From Armatimonadota bacterium (GTDB taxonomy: Bacteria; Vulcanimicrobiota; JACPDS01; JBDRKI01), in the NCBI GenBank assembly GCA_043814095.1, contig JBDRKI010000054.1, positions 1 through 64,000 on the forward strand: a stretch of 64,000 nt of DNA, given 5' to 3'. The position numbers and the translations under genes were made by a program. Every line of letters starts with the position of its first letter. The first letter of the stretch is position 1. The notes under the pieces are model-generated. The model worked only from the letters and a program-made list of their open reading frames with translations. It was not told the origin of the DNA and ran no database searches. Positions 9,584-18,931 of the stretch are shown here, one piece after another.

Positions 9584-10687
9584 TTACTTTCTCTTCTGGG
9601 AGACCTGCTGCCTTCTTCTTTTAAGCTCCCTTTTCCTTTTAAGCTTCATTAAATACGCCAGTATTTCCGCAACCGCTTTATACAGTTCAACGGGTATATA
9701 ATCCCCTATTTTGCATGTCGCGGCAAGCGCCCTTGCAAGCTCTATATTCTCAATAATCGGCACCTCATGGTCCTCGGCGACAATCTTTATCTGCACCGCG
9801 ACAAGCTTCTCGCCTTTGGCAACCACTTTAGGCGCGGCCATCTCCCCGGGCACGTACTGTATCGCTACCGCAAGATGCGTGGGGTTTGTTATAACCGCGC
9901 TTGCTTTAGGCACTTCTTCCATCATGCGTGACGTGGCCCTCTGGCGCATGAGCTGTCTTACCTTAGCCTTAACCTGGGGGTCGCCTTCGGTCTGCTTGTA
10001 TTCGTCTTTAAGCTCCTGTATGCTCATCTTCATCTGCTTCATAAACTGCTTTTTCTGGAACATATAGTCTGCTATGGCTATAGCCACCATGGCAATAATG
10101 GAATACCCTATTATCTTCTTCGTAATACTCCCTAAAAGGTGCAGGGTCATATGTAAATCCCATGTGGGAGAATAAACCAGTTTTGATATCTCCGCCGTTA
10201 TTACCTTATAGCATATGTATGAGACCACAATAAGCTTTGCCGCCTGCTTGGCGAACTCCATCAATGATTTTGCCGAGAATATTCTTTTAAAGCCTTCTAT
10301 AGGGCTTAATTTGCTGAGTTTCGGATTCATGGATTCTGTTGAGAATATGAATTTAATCTGCGCTATATTAGCAAGTATGGCTGTTAAAAAGGCAACGGCA
10401 AAAAGAGGAAGCACAATCTTGGCATAAGTAAACATAACATAAAAGAACCTGTCCGCACCGCCTATTTTATCAAGGGACGGCTGGGCCACCAGCCGGTACA
10501 TTGTTTTCACGAACTCCGTAATATTTACATACATCCAGCTCCCTATGGCGCCGAGGAGTCCCGCTGTGGCAAGCAGAAGAGCAGTAGCTATAATATCCTG
10601 GCTTTTGAATACCTGCCCTTTTTTACGCGCTTCCCTGAGCTTATGTTCGGTTGGTTCTTCGGTTTTATCACTGTCGCCGCCTGCCAT
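9584..10687 (-). CDS. flhB: Export switch protein FlhB
   Basis: KTEEPT..KLREARKKGQV, EGDPQVK, NPTH autocleavage motif. Confidence 0.97.
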   Translation of the reverse strand: MAGGDSDKTEEPTEHKLREARKKGQVFKSQDIIATALLLATAGLLGAIGSWMYVNITEFVKTMYRLVAQPSLDKIGGADRFFYVMFTYAKIVLPLFAVAFLTAILANIAQIKFIFSTESMNPKLSKLSPIEGFKRIFSAKSLMEFAKQAAKLIVVSYICYKVITAEISKLVYSPTWDLHMTLHLLGSITKKIIGYSIIAMVAIAIADYMFQKKQFMKQMKMSIQELKDEYKQTEGDPQVKAKVRQLMRQRATSRMMEEVPKASAVITNPTHLAVAIQYVPGEMAAPKVVAKGEKLVAVQIKIVAEDHEVPIIENIELARALAATCKIGDYIPVELYKAVAEILAYLMKLKRKRELKRRRQQVSQKRK

Positions 10688-10709
10688 TTAAAATTCACCT
10701 GCCTTTTAG

Positions 10710-11480
10710 CTACTTCATTATTTTAATTGCATTCATTATGTCAAAGAAATTTTTATCAAATAAATTGGTAAGCGCCAGCTTTATAAATCCTAAAGATAAA
10801 AGAAGCATTATGGTGCCGATCATTATGTTTAAAGGGAATGAAAGCATAAACACATTCATCTGGGGCGCAACCCTTGATAAAAGCCCAAGGGCGACCTGTA
10901 TAATAAAGAGGGCCGCGAGCATTGGAGCGGCAACCTGTATCCCTATATAGAATATCTGCCCCGTGAGCCTTATAAACTCACCCATAAGCGGGCCCGAATA
11001 GCTCATGCCCGTTAAGGGCACTATATTAAAACTCTCCTGTATCGCACGTATTAATATATGGTGGCCGCCTATCGCAAGCCAGAGGAGAAGAGCGAAATAA
11101 TACTGGAACCTGTTTAATATATTAACGCTCCCGCCCATTGAAGGATCATACACGGCAGCGGCCGACAGGCCCAGCTGGACATCAAGTATGGTCCCTGCAA
11201 ACTGCGCCCCTGCTATCACCATATTGGCTATATACCCTATAACAGAGCCAACTAAAAACTGCAGGGCAAGCACCTGCACAAAACCAACAACATCAGTGGG
11301 AAAATTAGCCGGGACCTGGATCTGGGGATAAATTACAATTGACAGAAGCGCCGCAAGCCCTATTAAACCCTGAGGGGGTATAAGGCGCGAACCGAATACG
11401 GGCGCTTGAATAAAAACACCTATTATCCTGACCATAATCAGGAAAAACACGGCGAATAATATGTACCCCTGTACGGTCAA
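10710..11480 (-). CDS. fliR: Export gate protein FliR
   Basis: AG.ILDVQLG, GLLSRVAPQMNVF; synteny. Confidence 0.95.
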   Translation of the reverse strand: MTVQGYILFAVFFLIMVRIIGVFIQAPVFGSRLIPPQGLIGLAALLSIVIYPQIQVPANFPTDVVGFVQVLALQFLVGSVIGYIANMVIAGAQFAGTILDVQLGLSAAAVYDPSMGGSVNILNRFQYYFALLLWLAIGGHHILIRAIQESFNIVPLTGMSYSGPLMGEFIRLTGQIFYIGIQVAAPMLAALFIIQVALGLLSRVAPQMNVFMLSFPLNIMIGTIMLLLSLGFIKLALTNLFDKNFFDIMNAIKIMK

Positions 11481-11487
11481 TAGTTAC

Positions 11488-11754
11488 CTACCTTACCTGC
11501 GCTACGGCCCTGAAAACCTGCTGGGCGAAAGTACCGAGCGTGCCGGCTATCCATGCCCCGCATATAAGGACCGCTAAAAACGTAGCTATAATTTTAGGCA
11601 CAAACGATAAAGTCTGTTCCTGTATCTGGGTGGTAGCTTGGAGTATTGATATAATCAAGCCCACAACCAGAGCCGATAAAAGCATCGGTGAAGATAATAA
11701 TATGATCAAGAGCAGTGCTTTGGCTGATAAATTAAGTACTTGCTGCGCATCCAT
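11488..11754 (-). CDS. fliQ: Export gate protein FliQ
   Basis: QATTQIQEQTLSFVPK. Confidence 0.97.
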   Translation of the reverse strand: MDAQQVLNLSAKALLLIILLSSPMLLSALVVGLIISILQATTQIQEQTLSFVPKIIATFLAVLICGAWIAGTLGTFAQQVFRAVAQVR

Positions 11755-11765
11755 AATTTGCCCTC

Positions 11766-12548
11766 CTATCTGTTAAAGCTTTCAACAAGGCTTTTTACGA
11801 GAAGCTGCCATCCGTCAATCATCACAAAAAGCAGCAGTTTAAAAGGCAGAGATATTGCCATCGGGGACAACATAAACATACCCATACTCATAAGTACGGA
11901 GGCTACGATCATGTCAATTATGAGAAACGGCAGAAATATTAAAAACCCTATCTGGAAAGCCGTTGTTATCTCGCTTGTTATAAAAGCGGGGGTAACAACA
12001 TACATGGGTATCTGTTCGGGTTTTTCTATTTTTTTTGTATCAAGTTTCGCCATATTCGCGAACAGGAGAAGATCATTCTCCCTGCACTGGCTCATCATAA
12101 ATTCCCTTAAAGGGATCATCGCTTTCTCAAATGCCTGTGTCTGGTTAATCTGTCCCTTTAAAAAAGGCTGGAGGGCTTCGGTATTCATGCGCGAGCCCAC
12201 CGGCATCATAACATACAGCGTTAGAAAAAGCGCCAGCCCTATGAGGATCTGGGTTGAAGGGACCTGCTGGGTGCCTAAAGCCGATCTTATGAAAGACAGA
12301 ACTATCGTTATCCTTATAAACGCCGTTGTCATTATTAAGATGTACGGCGCGACCGTTAATATCGTTATAAGGAAAAGTATCTGCAGCGGCATAGCCACTG
12401 CCTGCGGGCCTTTAGCGACCTCTCCTCCTATGTTAATATCGGGAAACGTAATCTGCGGAACCGGAGCGGCGACTGCTTTTTTAATAAATAAAAACAATAC
12501 CGCGCACAGAAGTAAAATTAAAATATTTTTTAAGTTAAAATATTTCAT
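11766..12548 (-). CDS. fliP: Export gate protein FliP
   Basis: RSALGTQQVP, FQIGFLIFLPFLIID, SLPFKLLLFV..DGW; ATG 12548 after GAGGTG. Confidence 0.97.
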   Translation of the reverse strand: MKYFNLKNILILLLCAVLFLFIKKAVAAPVPQITFPDINIGGEVAKGPQAVAMPLQILFLITILTVAPYILIMTTAFIRITIVLSFIRSALGTQQVPSTQILIGLALFLTLYVMMPVGSRMNTEALQPFLKGQINQTQAFEKAMIPLREFMMSQCRENDLLLFANMAKLDTKKIEKPEQIPMYVVTPAFITSEITTAFQIGFLIFLPFLIIDMIVASVLMSMGMFMLSPMAISLPFKLLLFVMIDGWQLLVKSLVESFNR

Positions 12549-12569
12549 GCCCACACCTCACAGAGGAAA

Positions 12570-13067
12570 TCATTCTTTGCTTTTCATAAACGGAATCTTG
12601 CTTGAAAAGAATTTTGACCAGTATTTTTTGGGATCAGCTGTCTGAGATTCTTCTTTTTCTTTTAGAAACTCTTCCGCTTCGTGCTTATTCAATTCTTTCA
12701 AAGTACTTATATTATTATCCGATACGCCTATCAATAAATATTCATGCAGAACTTTTATTATGTATAATGAATGCTTCTGGGATAAAAGCTGCCTGTCAAT
12801 AACTTTAATATTCCTGCCCTGCATCACATTAGGCAGCATATTCTTACTGCCCATGAATTTTAATATGAAATAGGCGAGAAGCCCTACAAGTATAAGGGAT
12901 ATTACCGTTACCGGGATTTTAGACACAGGGTTAAACCTTTCTGACCCGACTTCGGCTTTATCAAAATATGAACCCTCGCTCTTCTCCTGCGCGCAGCACG
13001 CGCAGAAGCAGTTCAAAACCAGGGCAATCACAATTAAAAACAGTAAAATATTTTTTGTTTTATTCAC
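12570..13067 (-). CDS. fliO: FliO/FliZ-like membrane protein
   Basis: TM helix then IKVIDR..L.....LYIIKV...YLLIGVS; lies between fliN and fliP. Confidence 0.85.
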   Translation of the reverse strand: MNKTKNILLFLIVIALVLNCFCACCAQEKSEGSYFDKAEVGSERFNPVSKIPVTVISLILVGLLAYFILKFMGSKNMLPNVMQGRNIKVIDRQLLSQKHSLYIIKVLHEYLLIGVSDNNISTLKELNKHEAEEFLKEKEESQTADPKKYWSKFFSSKIPFMKSKE

Positions 13068-13080
13068 TATTCACCGTTCG

Positions 13081-13413
13081 CTATCTATTTATAACTTCTA
13101 TGATTCTCACGCCGAAGTTGCCGTCAATCTCAACCACTTCGCCCCTGGCTATTAACTTGTTATTAACCAGAATATCAACGGCTTCACCCGCTTCTTTTTC
13201 CAGCTCAATAACCGCGCCTACTCCGAGTTTTAAGATGTCTTTCACCATCATTTTGGTTCTTCCGAGCTCGGCCGTAACGGTTAACGGTACATCCTTTAAA
13301 AGATCTATGGAGCTGGGTACGTTTGAAGGCGCCTTTTCCTGGATCTGTGAAAACTGCACTGCCTTTACCTGGGATTTTTCTTGTTTTTCATTTTCATTCT
13401 TCAAATTCTTCAT
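13081..13413 (-). CDS. fliN: C-ring protein FliN (SpoA domain)
   Basis: DVPLTVTAELGRT, ARGEVVEIDGNFGVRI. Confidence 0.95.
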   Translation of the reverse strand: MKNLKNENEKQEKSQVKAVQFSQIQEKAPSNVPSSIDLLKDVPLTVTAELGRTKMMVKDILKLGVGAVIELEKEAGEAVDILVNNKLIARGEVVEIDGNFGVRIIEVINR

Positions 13414-14326
13414 CCTCCTCCGTTAATACTTTTGTAACCTGTACGGCCACTCCGTCTTCCCTTAATCCGGGCCGGCCTAAAAATTTTGTTTTGTCATTGA
13501 CTTTTATCCTCATATCGCTCCCAAGTTCCTGTTCCAGCTTTATTATGTCTCCGGGCTCTACCTGGAGTATATCCTGGAAGAAAACTTCCACCCTCCCGAG
13601 TTCCACCACAAGCGGAACTTTTGCCACTTCAAGATTCTTGGCGAACATGGGTATTGAGGTCTGCGACTCGTCTTTTACCGAAGTTTTCGTGAGCAGGTAT
13701 TCGTCAAAACTTTCTTTGGGCAGAATTTTCTTAAGGTAGGAATAAGGCATGCAGAGCTCAACAACGCCGGTTGTCTTTACTATCGTGGCCTCAAAAGAAG
13801 CGATGACAAGATGCTCGCCGGGGTCGGCGATATGAACCACCTGGGGATTAAACTCTGTCCCTGCGAACTGGGCATTGACTTCAACTACGTCTTTCCACGC
13901 GGTATTATAGCTTTCCATAACTTTGTTATATGCCGTTTTTAATACCGCGGATTCTATCTCCGTAAAATACCTTATCTCGTCAATTGTCTGGCCCCTGCCT
14001 CCCATAAGCCGGTCAATAAGGGCGAAACTTAACGCGAAATCCATAAAGATAAGCCCTTTGGTCTCGGGATCAATTTTAAACTCTATCATATTGCTGGGAT
14101 CGGAAAGAGAATTAAAATATGCTCTGTGAGATGAGACCCTGACCTGCTTTAATTTCATTGATACTTTTCCGTGAATAAGGGAACTTACATTCACGCTGAA
14201 CTTATCCGAGAAAATTTCAAATATCTTTCTTAAGAAATCCTGCTGGTCAAATGTAAATTTAACAGTCTGCCTTAAGTCATAAGAGCTTACGCTTTTCTGC
14301 CTGCTTTTTTTCTTGTAATCTGTCAC
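13394..14326 (-). CDS. fliM: C-ring protein FliM lacking the N-terminal CheY-binding peptide
   Basis: IDRLMGG.G, FTEIE, EFNPQ, C-terminal SpoA domain; GGGGG RBS before GTG. Confidence 0.92.
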   Translation of the reverse strand: MTDYKKKSRQKSVSSYDLRQTVKFTFDQQDFLRKIFEIFSDKFSVNVSSLIHGKVSMKLKQVRVSSHRAYFNSLSDPSNMIEFKIDPETKGLIFMDFALSFALIDRLMGGRGQTIDEIRYFTEIESAVLKTAYNKVMESYNTAWKDVVEVNAQFAGTEFNPQVVHIADPGEHLVIASFEATIVKTTGVVELCMPYSYLKKILPKESFDEYLLTKTSVKDESQTSIPMFAKNLEVAKVPLVVELGRVEVFFQDILQVEPGDIIKLEQELGSDMRIKVNDKTKFLGRPGLREDGVAVQVTKVLTEEDEEFEE

Positions 14327-14531
14327 AAGGCCCCCTTAATTTAACAATAAGGAACAAGGGACGGAGTTTAATATAATATACTCCTCCTAATTATTAATTA
14401 ATTTATTTAAAATAATAAAAAATCCTGCTATAAAGTATTATTTTATTAAATAATATCACTCGTATAGTTTAACTATTAAAAGTATTGATAATATCAATAA
14501 AATGCGGGTTGAATATGCTTGCGGGTAAAGA

Positions 14532-14561
14532 AATAGCCGGGAATTTTACTTCCCGGCTATT
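14532..14561 (-). terminator. Intrinsic terminator after the flgG/E-like gene
   Basis: AATAGCCGGGAA-N6-TTCCCGGCTATT. Confidence 0.8.
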
Positions 14562-14582
14562 GTAATTTGTTTAATTAAGGGG

Positions 14583-15404
14583 TTATCTTATCATGTTAGT
14601 TGCGCTTTTTATAAGCTCATCCTGCACCTGCAGTATCTTCATGCCTGTTGACTGCTGCTGTTTTATGCGGCTCGCGTGGTAAGTCTGCTGTATGTAATCA
14701 ACATTTGACATCTCAAGATGGCTGGGCTTTACCGATCCCAATGCTCCTTCTCCCGCGTAGCCGACAATTGCCGGTCCTGAATTAGTGGTAGGCACAAATG
14801 TAGTCGCTCCCGCGGGTTTTAAGCCCGATGCGTTCGCAAAAGACGCGATCGCTACCTGGTAAATCGGAACTTCGGTCGTAACCGCGTTTTTAGTTACCGG
14901 ATCAACCATTGTCTCTGTGCCGTAGAGTATTCCGGCTTCATCAAATTTATATCCTGTATATCTTCCGGAATATAATTTTGTTTCGGGATCTAAGCCCATC
15001 TCTATCGCTACCGGGTCGCCTGCAAGCTGGCCGTTCTCATCTAATTTATATCCTTTGACTTTTAAACCGTTCTGGGCTGTTAAGACACCGTCTTTAACCG
15101 AGAATTTGCCGTTTCTTGTGTAAGCATCATTTGTTCCGTCAGTGACAACAAAGAAACCGTTTCCTTCTATTGCAAGATCCGTAGGAGATTTTGTCTTTGT
15201 AAGCTTGCCCTGTGAAAAATCAACTTCGGTAACGGCGTGTCTGGGCGCAGTTCCGCCGACGGGAACATATTCGCTGTAAACATCTACAAATTGAGTGTTA
15301 ACAGCTCTTGCGCCGGGAGTATACATGTTCTGCATATTTTCATAATATGCTTCCATCTCCTGCTGGCTGTAAACCTGCTGGTTATAAATTACATCGTTAA
15401 ACAT
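14583..15404 (-). CDS. Divergent flagellar rod/hook-family protein (FlgG/FlgE-like, FlgG-sized)
   Basis: DLAIEGNGFF, YTRNGKF, FANASGL, LEMSNVD; degenerate N-terminal motif (YENMQNMYTPG instead of ANNIAN.NTPG). Confidence 0.85.
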   Translation of the reverse strand: MFNDVIYNQQVYSQQEMEAYYENMQNMYTPGARAVNTQFVDVYSEYVPVGGTAPRHAVTEVDFSQGKLTKTKSPTDLAIEGNGFFVVTDGTNDAYTRNGKFSVKDGVLTAQNGLKVKGYKLDENGQLAGDPVAIEMGLDPETKLYSGRYTGYKFDEAGILYGTETMVDPVTKNAVTTEVPIYQVAIASFANASGLKPAGATTFVPTTNSGPAIVGYAGEGALGSVKPSHLEMSNVDYIQQTYHASRIKQQQSTGMKILQVQDELIKSATNMIR

Positions 15405-15535
15405 AATTAATTCCCCCTTTTTATGATAAGGAGTAAGCCCTACATCCGGATACCTGTCTGTATGAAAAACACAGCCAGATAAGGAATATATGCCTTTTCT
15501 TCTGATTATATTATAGCATTAAAGGTGCGTGATTT

Positions 15536-15576
15536 TGTTAACAAAATGTTAACAAAATGTTAACAAAATGTTAACA
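15536..15576 (-). promoter_or_regulatory. 4 x 11-bp direct-repeat operator, copy 3 (perfect cores)
   Basis: TGTTAACA at 15536, 15547, 15558, 15569; TATAAT on minus strand at 15510-15515. Confidence 0.85.
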
Positions 15577-15601
15577 TTTTACCCTTTATATAATCCTTAT
15601 T

Positions 15602-16486
15602 TCAAGCTATTTCTTCCACCAGTTCGGCGGAAATGCCAGATAATACTAAATTCTGGCCCTTTAAAGCCTCTGAAAGCTCTTTCTCACTGCCTGATATTAT
15701 GTCTTTTACCACTTTTGATGTGGTCTCAAATTTAGCCGAAACTTTGTTATCCTTTACTTCAAGTATGACTTTTAACTGGCCCAGGTATTCCGGGTTCATC
15801 CTTATTACTATTTCTTTATCTTTCGCGCCGACGCTTCTTATAAGTATCCGGTCTATAACCTGCTTTATAACTTCTTCTCTTTTTAAGTCTTTGTTAATTT
15901 TAACTTTCTCAAAAACATTCATTTTCTCGGTGTCTTTTTCTTTTGATTCCATTGTTGAGGCGGAGGTCTTTATTCCTTTTTTCTCCCTTGCCAGTTTATC
16001 AAGAAACATTCCAAGCTGTGATTCATCATGCATCCTAATAAGTTTTTCAACTTCTTTTGAATTAAGGTCATTGATATTCAAACCGCGGGCAGAGAGCATA
16101 TCTCTTAATTTCGCGGTATCTACTTTGCCTGTATCTAAATCTTTTATTCCTATCATCTGTTTTTCCGATATGCTTAATGCGTCGGGATTTTTTATTATGA
16201 GCTGGTATAGGTAATTTAAAAGAGATGAGAGCCCGAAATCGTTCTGCTGCATTGACTTTGCGAGCTTTTCAACCTTCTCCTGGTTTTCTTTTGCCTTGGA
16301 CTCATCATGGATAAGCTTATCCGCCTGTTTCGTGTCTTTTTTTCCCGATGCATCTTCTGTCTTCTCTTTTAAAAGAGAAGAGAACTGTTTGTCGTCTTTT
16401 ACCTGATTTTTCTCTTCAAACTTTATCTTGTTCTCGTTCTGCAGAGAAAAAAGTAAAGATGTAATATCGTTTCTGTTGTTATGCAT
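15602..16486 (-). CDS. fliK: Length-control (ruler) protein with FliK C-terminal domain
   Basis: IRMNPEYLGQLKV...VSAKF...L..AL; synteny. Confidence 0.8.
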   Translation of the reverse strand: MHNNRNDITSLLFSLQNENKIKFEEKNQVKDDKQFSSLLKEKTEDASGKKDTKQADKLIHDESKAKENQEKVEKLAKSMQQNDFGLSSLLNYLYQLIIKNPDALSISEKQMIGIKDLDTGKVDTAKLRDMLSARGLNINDLNSKEVEKLIRMHDESQLGMFLDKLAREKKGIKTSASTMESKEKDTEKMNVFEKVKINKDLKREEVIKQVIDRILIRSVGAKDKEIVIRMNPEYLGQLKVILEVKDNKVSAKFETTSKVVKDIISGSEKELSEALKGQNLVLSGISAELVEEIA

Positions 16487-16512
16487 AATAATGCCTCCTT
16501 GTATAATAATAC

Positions 16513-17091
16513 TTAACCCTGTTCGCTTTTAAATTTTTCGTAATACCCTATTACTTTGACAACATAATTTCTTGTTTCGGAATAAGGCGGCACCCCGCCG
16601 TATCTTTTAACTGCGCCGGGTCCGGCGTTATAGCCGGCAACGGCCAGTTTAACATTCCCGTTAAATCTTTCAAGAAGGCCTTTTAAATATCTTGTGCCTC
16701 CGAATATATTCTCCCTGGGATCATAAGCGTTTTTAACGCCCAGTGATTTGGCGGTTTCGGGCATAAGCTGCATTAAACCCATTGCCCCGCACCATGATCT
16801 CGCTGTCGGCTTAAAGTTGGATTCCTGTTTTATTACAGCCCTTATTAAAGCCGGATCAACCCCGTACTCTTTTGATGCTTCGTTTATAATATCGGCAAAA
16901 TCGCCGGAAACCTGAACGAATTCTTCTTTCTTTGCGACTCCTTCAATCTGGCTAACGCTGTTTAATATAGATGAAAAATTAATGCCTGATGTGGGCACAA
17001 CGGGCTTTGTTGTTTGTTCAAACCCGCCGAATTTGTTCTGTATGCCCTGAATCTTTGAGTTAATCTGCCTCATTCTTTCAAATATGCTCAT
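16513..17091 (-). CDS. Lytic transglycosylase (SLT domain)
   Basis: [31 protein letters not shown]. Confidence 0.95.
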   Translation of the reverse strand: MSIFERMRQINSKIQGIQNKFGGFEQTTKPVVPTSGINFSSILNSVSQIEGVAKKEEFVQVSGDFADIINEASKEYGVDPALIRAVIKQESNFKPTARSWCGAMGLMQLMPETAKSLGVKNAYDPRENIFGGTRYLKGLLERFNGNVKLAVAGYNAGPGAVKRYGGVPPYSETRNYVVKVIGYYEKFKSEQG

Positions 17092-17555
17092 GATTCCTCC
17101 CTCTTTTCTTTCCTCGCGTATTTCATTGTAGCCAGCTCGTCTATAAACTTTCTTTCTTCCATGTCCGCTTCTTTATCAAATTCTTCTTTTTTCTTTTCTT
17201 TCAATCTTTCATAAGTCTTGCGCTCCTGCGCGGCTTTAATAAGTATCTCTCTCTGCTTTTCCGCGGCGCGCCTTGCGTCTTGGACGCATATTTTCTGGTG
17301 TTCTATCCTGTCTTCCAGTCTCTCAAGATGCAGTTGGTACATCTTAAGTTCATCTATGTCAAGACCGCCCTTGCTTTTTTTCTTTTTTATATATTCAACG
17401 CTGTTTCTCTTGTCTTCCTCAAGCTTTCTCAGTTTTTCTTCTTCTTTTTCAAGCTTCCTGAAGCAGGCCGCGAGTTTTTCTTTTTCCTCGTCTTCTTTTT
17501 TCTTTTTCAGTATCAATATGTTTTCTAATTTAAATTTAAATTTCTTTGATTTCAT
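17088..17555 (-). CDS. fliJ: Export stalk protein FliJ
   Basis: FKFKLE.IL, coiled coil, E.K..DE.A; follows fliI. Confidence 0.9.
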   Translation of the reverse strand: MKSKKFKFKLENILILKKKKEDEEKEKLAACFRKLEKEEEKLRKLEEDKRNSVEYIKKKKSKGGLDIDELKMYQLHLERLEDRIEHQKICVQDARRAAEKQREILIKAAQERKTYERLKEKKKEEFDKEADMEERKFIDELATMKYARKEKREES

Positions 17556-17599
17556 ATAATTATATAATCATCTCTTTTAAATTTTAATATTTTATCAAA

Positions 17600-18931
17600 T
17601 TACCGATCCATTAAATCTATAAGTTTATCTATTGTTTCCTTATAGACACTGGGCTCTGCCTTTTTCTGGCATAAAAATTCATGCACGGACTTTATCATCT
17701 TCTTCGCGTAATCCACATCTGAGTTAGACCCGTCTTTATAGGCGCCTATATTTATAAGGTCTTCTTTTTCTTTATAAGTGGCAAGCACTTTCCGCAAGTC
17801 CCCTGCCGCGTCCTGGTGTTCATCCTGTGCAACTTCCGGGAAAAGCCTGCTCACACTCTCAAGAACATCAATCGCCGGATACCTGTTCTGCGCCGCAATC
17901 CCTCTTGACAGTACGATATGGCCGTCAAGTATTGATCTTACCGTATCGGCAATGGGTTCGTTCATGTCATCGCCTTCCACAAGCACCGTATATATCGCGG
18001 TTATGGATCCTTTTGTAGAAGTGCCGCTGCGTTCCAAAAGCTTAGGCAGAAGCGCGAACACGCTGGGCGTATAGCCACGCGTTGCAGGGGGCTCGCCCAC
18101 GGCAAGTCCCACTTCACGCTGCGCCATGGCAAACCTTGTCACCGAATCCATCATAAACATCACGTCATAACCCTGATTCCTGAAGTATTCGGCTATCGCG
18201 GTTCCCACATAAGCGCCTTTCATCCTTACAAGAGCGGGCTGGTCGCTTGTGGCGCAGACCACTACCGATCTTTTTAATCCTTCTTCTCCGAGATCCGTTT
18301 CTATAAAATCACGCAACTCTCTGCCGCGTTCCCCGACCAGCGCTATCACATTAACGCTTGCGGTTGTATTTCTCGCTATCATGCCAAGGAGCGTACTTTT
18401 TCCTACACCGCTTCCCGAGAAAATACCTATCCTCTGGCCTTTGCCGAAGGTAAGCAGTCCGTCTATCGCCCTTACGCCGGTTGCTATAGGATCTTTTATC
18501 CTGGGCCTTGTTATGGGGTTGGGCGGTGAATTATATATGGGATATTCTTCTTCCGTTTCTATAGGGCCCTTGCCGTCAATGGGATTCCCCAGCCCGTCAA
18601 TAACTCTTCCAAGAAGGCCTTTACCCACATTGACAAGAAGCGGCCTTCCGGTAGTGCGCACCTCGCACCCGGGACCTATGCCCGACATCTCGCCAAGGGG
18701 CATAAGAAGCACTTTATTATTCTTAAACCCCACGACTTCCGCGTGGATGGGTTTTTTGCCCTCTGTGGGGTAAACATTACAAAGATCCCCCACCCTTACT
18801 TCCGGGCCTTCTGATTCCACGATAAGGCCTATCACCTGGCTTACTTTGCCGTGTACTTTTATAAGTTTGGAACTGTGGAGGGCTTTATAATACTTGCTTA
18901 AATCAAGCTGTTTTTCATTCGGATTCTTCAT
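17600..18931 (-). CDS. fliI: Type III export ATPase FliI
   Basis: GSGVGKS Walker A, GERGRE, DSVTRFA, GEPPATRGY. Confidence 0.97.
   Translation of the reverse strand: MKNPNEKQLDLSKYYKALHSSKLIKVHGKVSQVIGLIVESEGPEVRVGDLCNVYPTEGKKPIHAEVVGFKNNKVLLMPLGEMSGIGPGCEVRTTGRPLLVNVGKGLLGRVIDGLGNPIDGKGPIETEEEYPIYNSPPNPITRPRIKDPIATGVRAIDGLLTFGKGQRIGIFSGSGVGKSTLLGMIARNTTASVNVIALVGERGRELRDFIETDLGEEGLKRSVVVCATSDQPALVRMKGAYVGTAIAEYFRNQGYDVMFMMDSVTRFAMAQREVGLAVGEPPATRGYTPSVFALLPKLLERSGTSTKGSITAIYTVLVEGDDMNEPIADTVRSILDGHIVLSRGIAAQNRYPAIDVLESVSRLFPEVAQDEHQDAAGDLRKVLATYKEKEDLINIGAYKDGSNSDVDYAKKMIKSVHEFLCQKKAEPSVYKETIDKLIDLMDR

Noticed and set aside
15405-15510. c-di-GMP riboswitch in the flgG/E leader
   Set aside because: The GEMM hallmarks (GGCAAA, GNRA loop and receptor, GACGCAAAG) are not visible; kept only as a possible structured leader.
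15536-15576. Tandem repeat as a CRISPR array or simple VNTR
   Set aside because: 11-bp units with no spacers and no cas genes; degenerate copies at three other promoters point to an operator.
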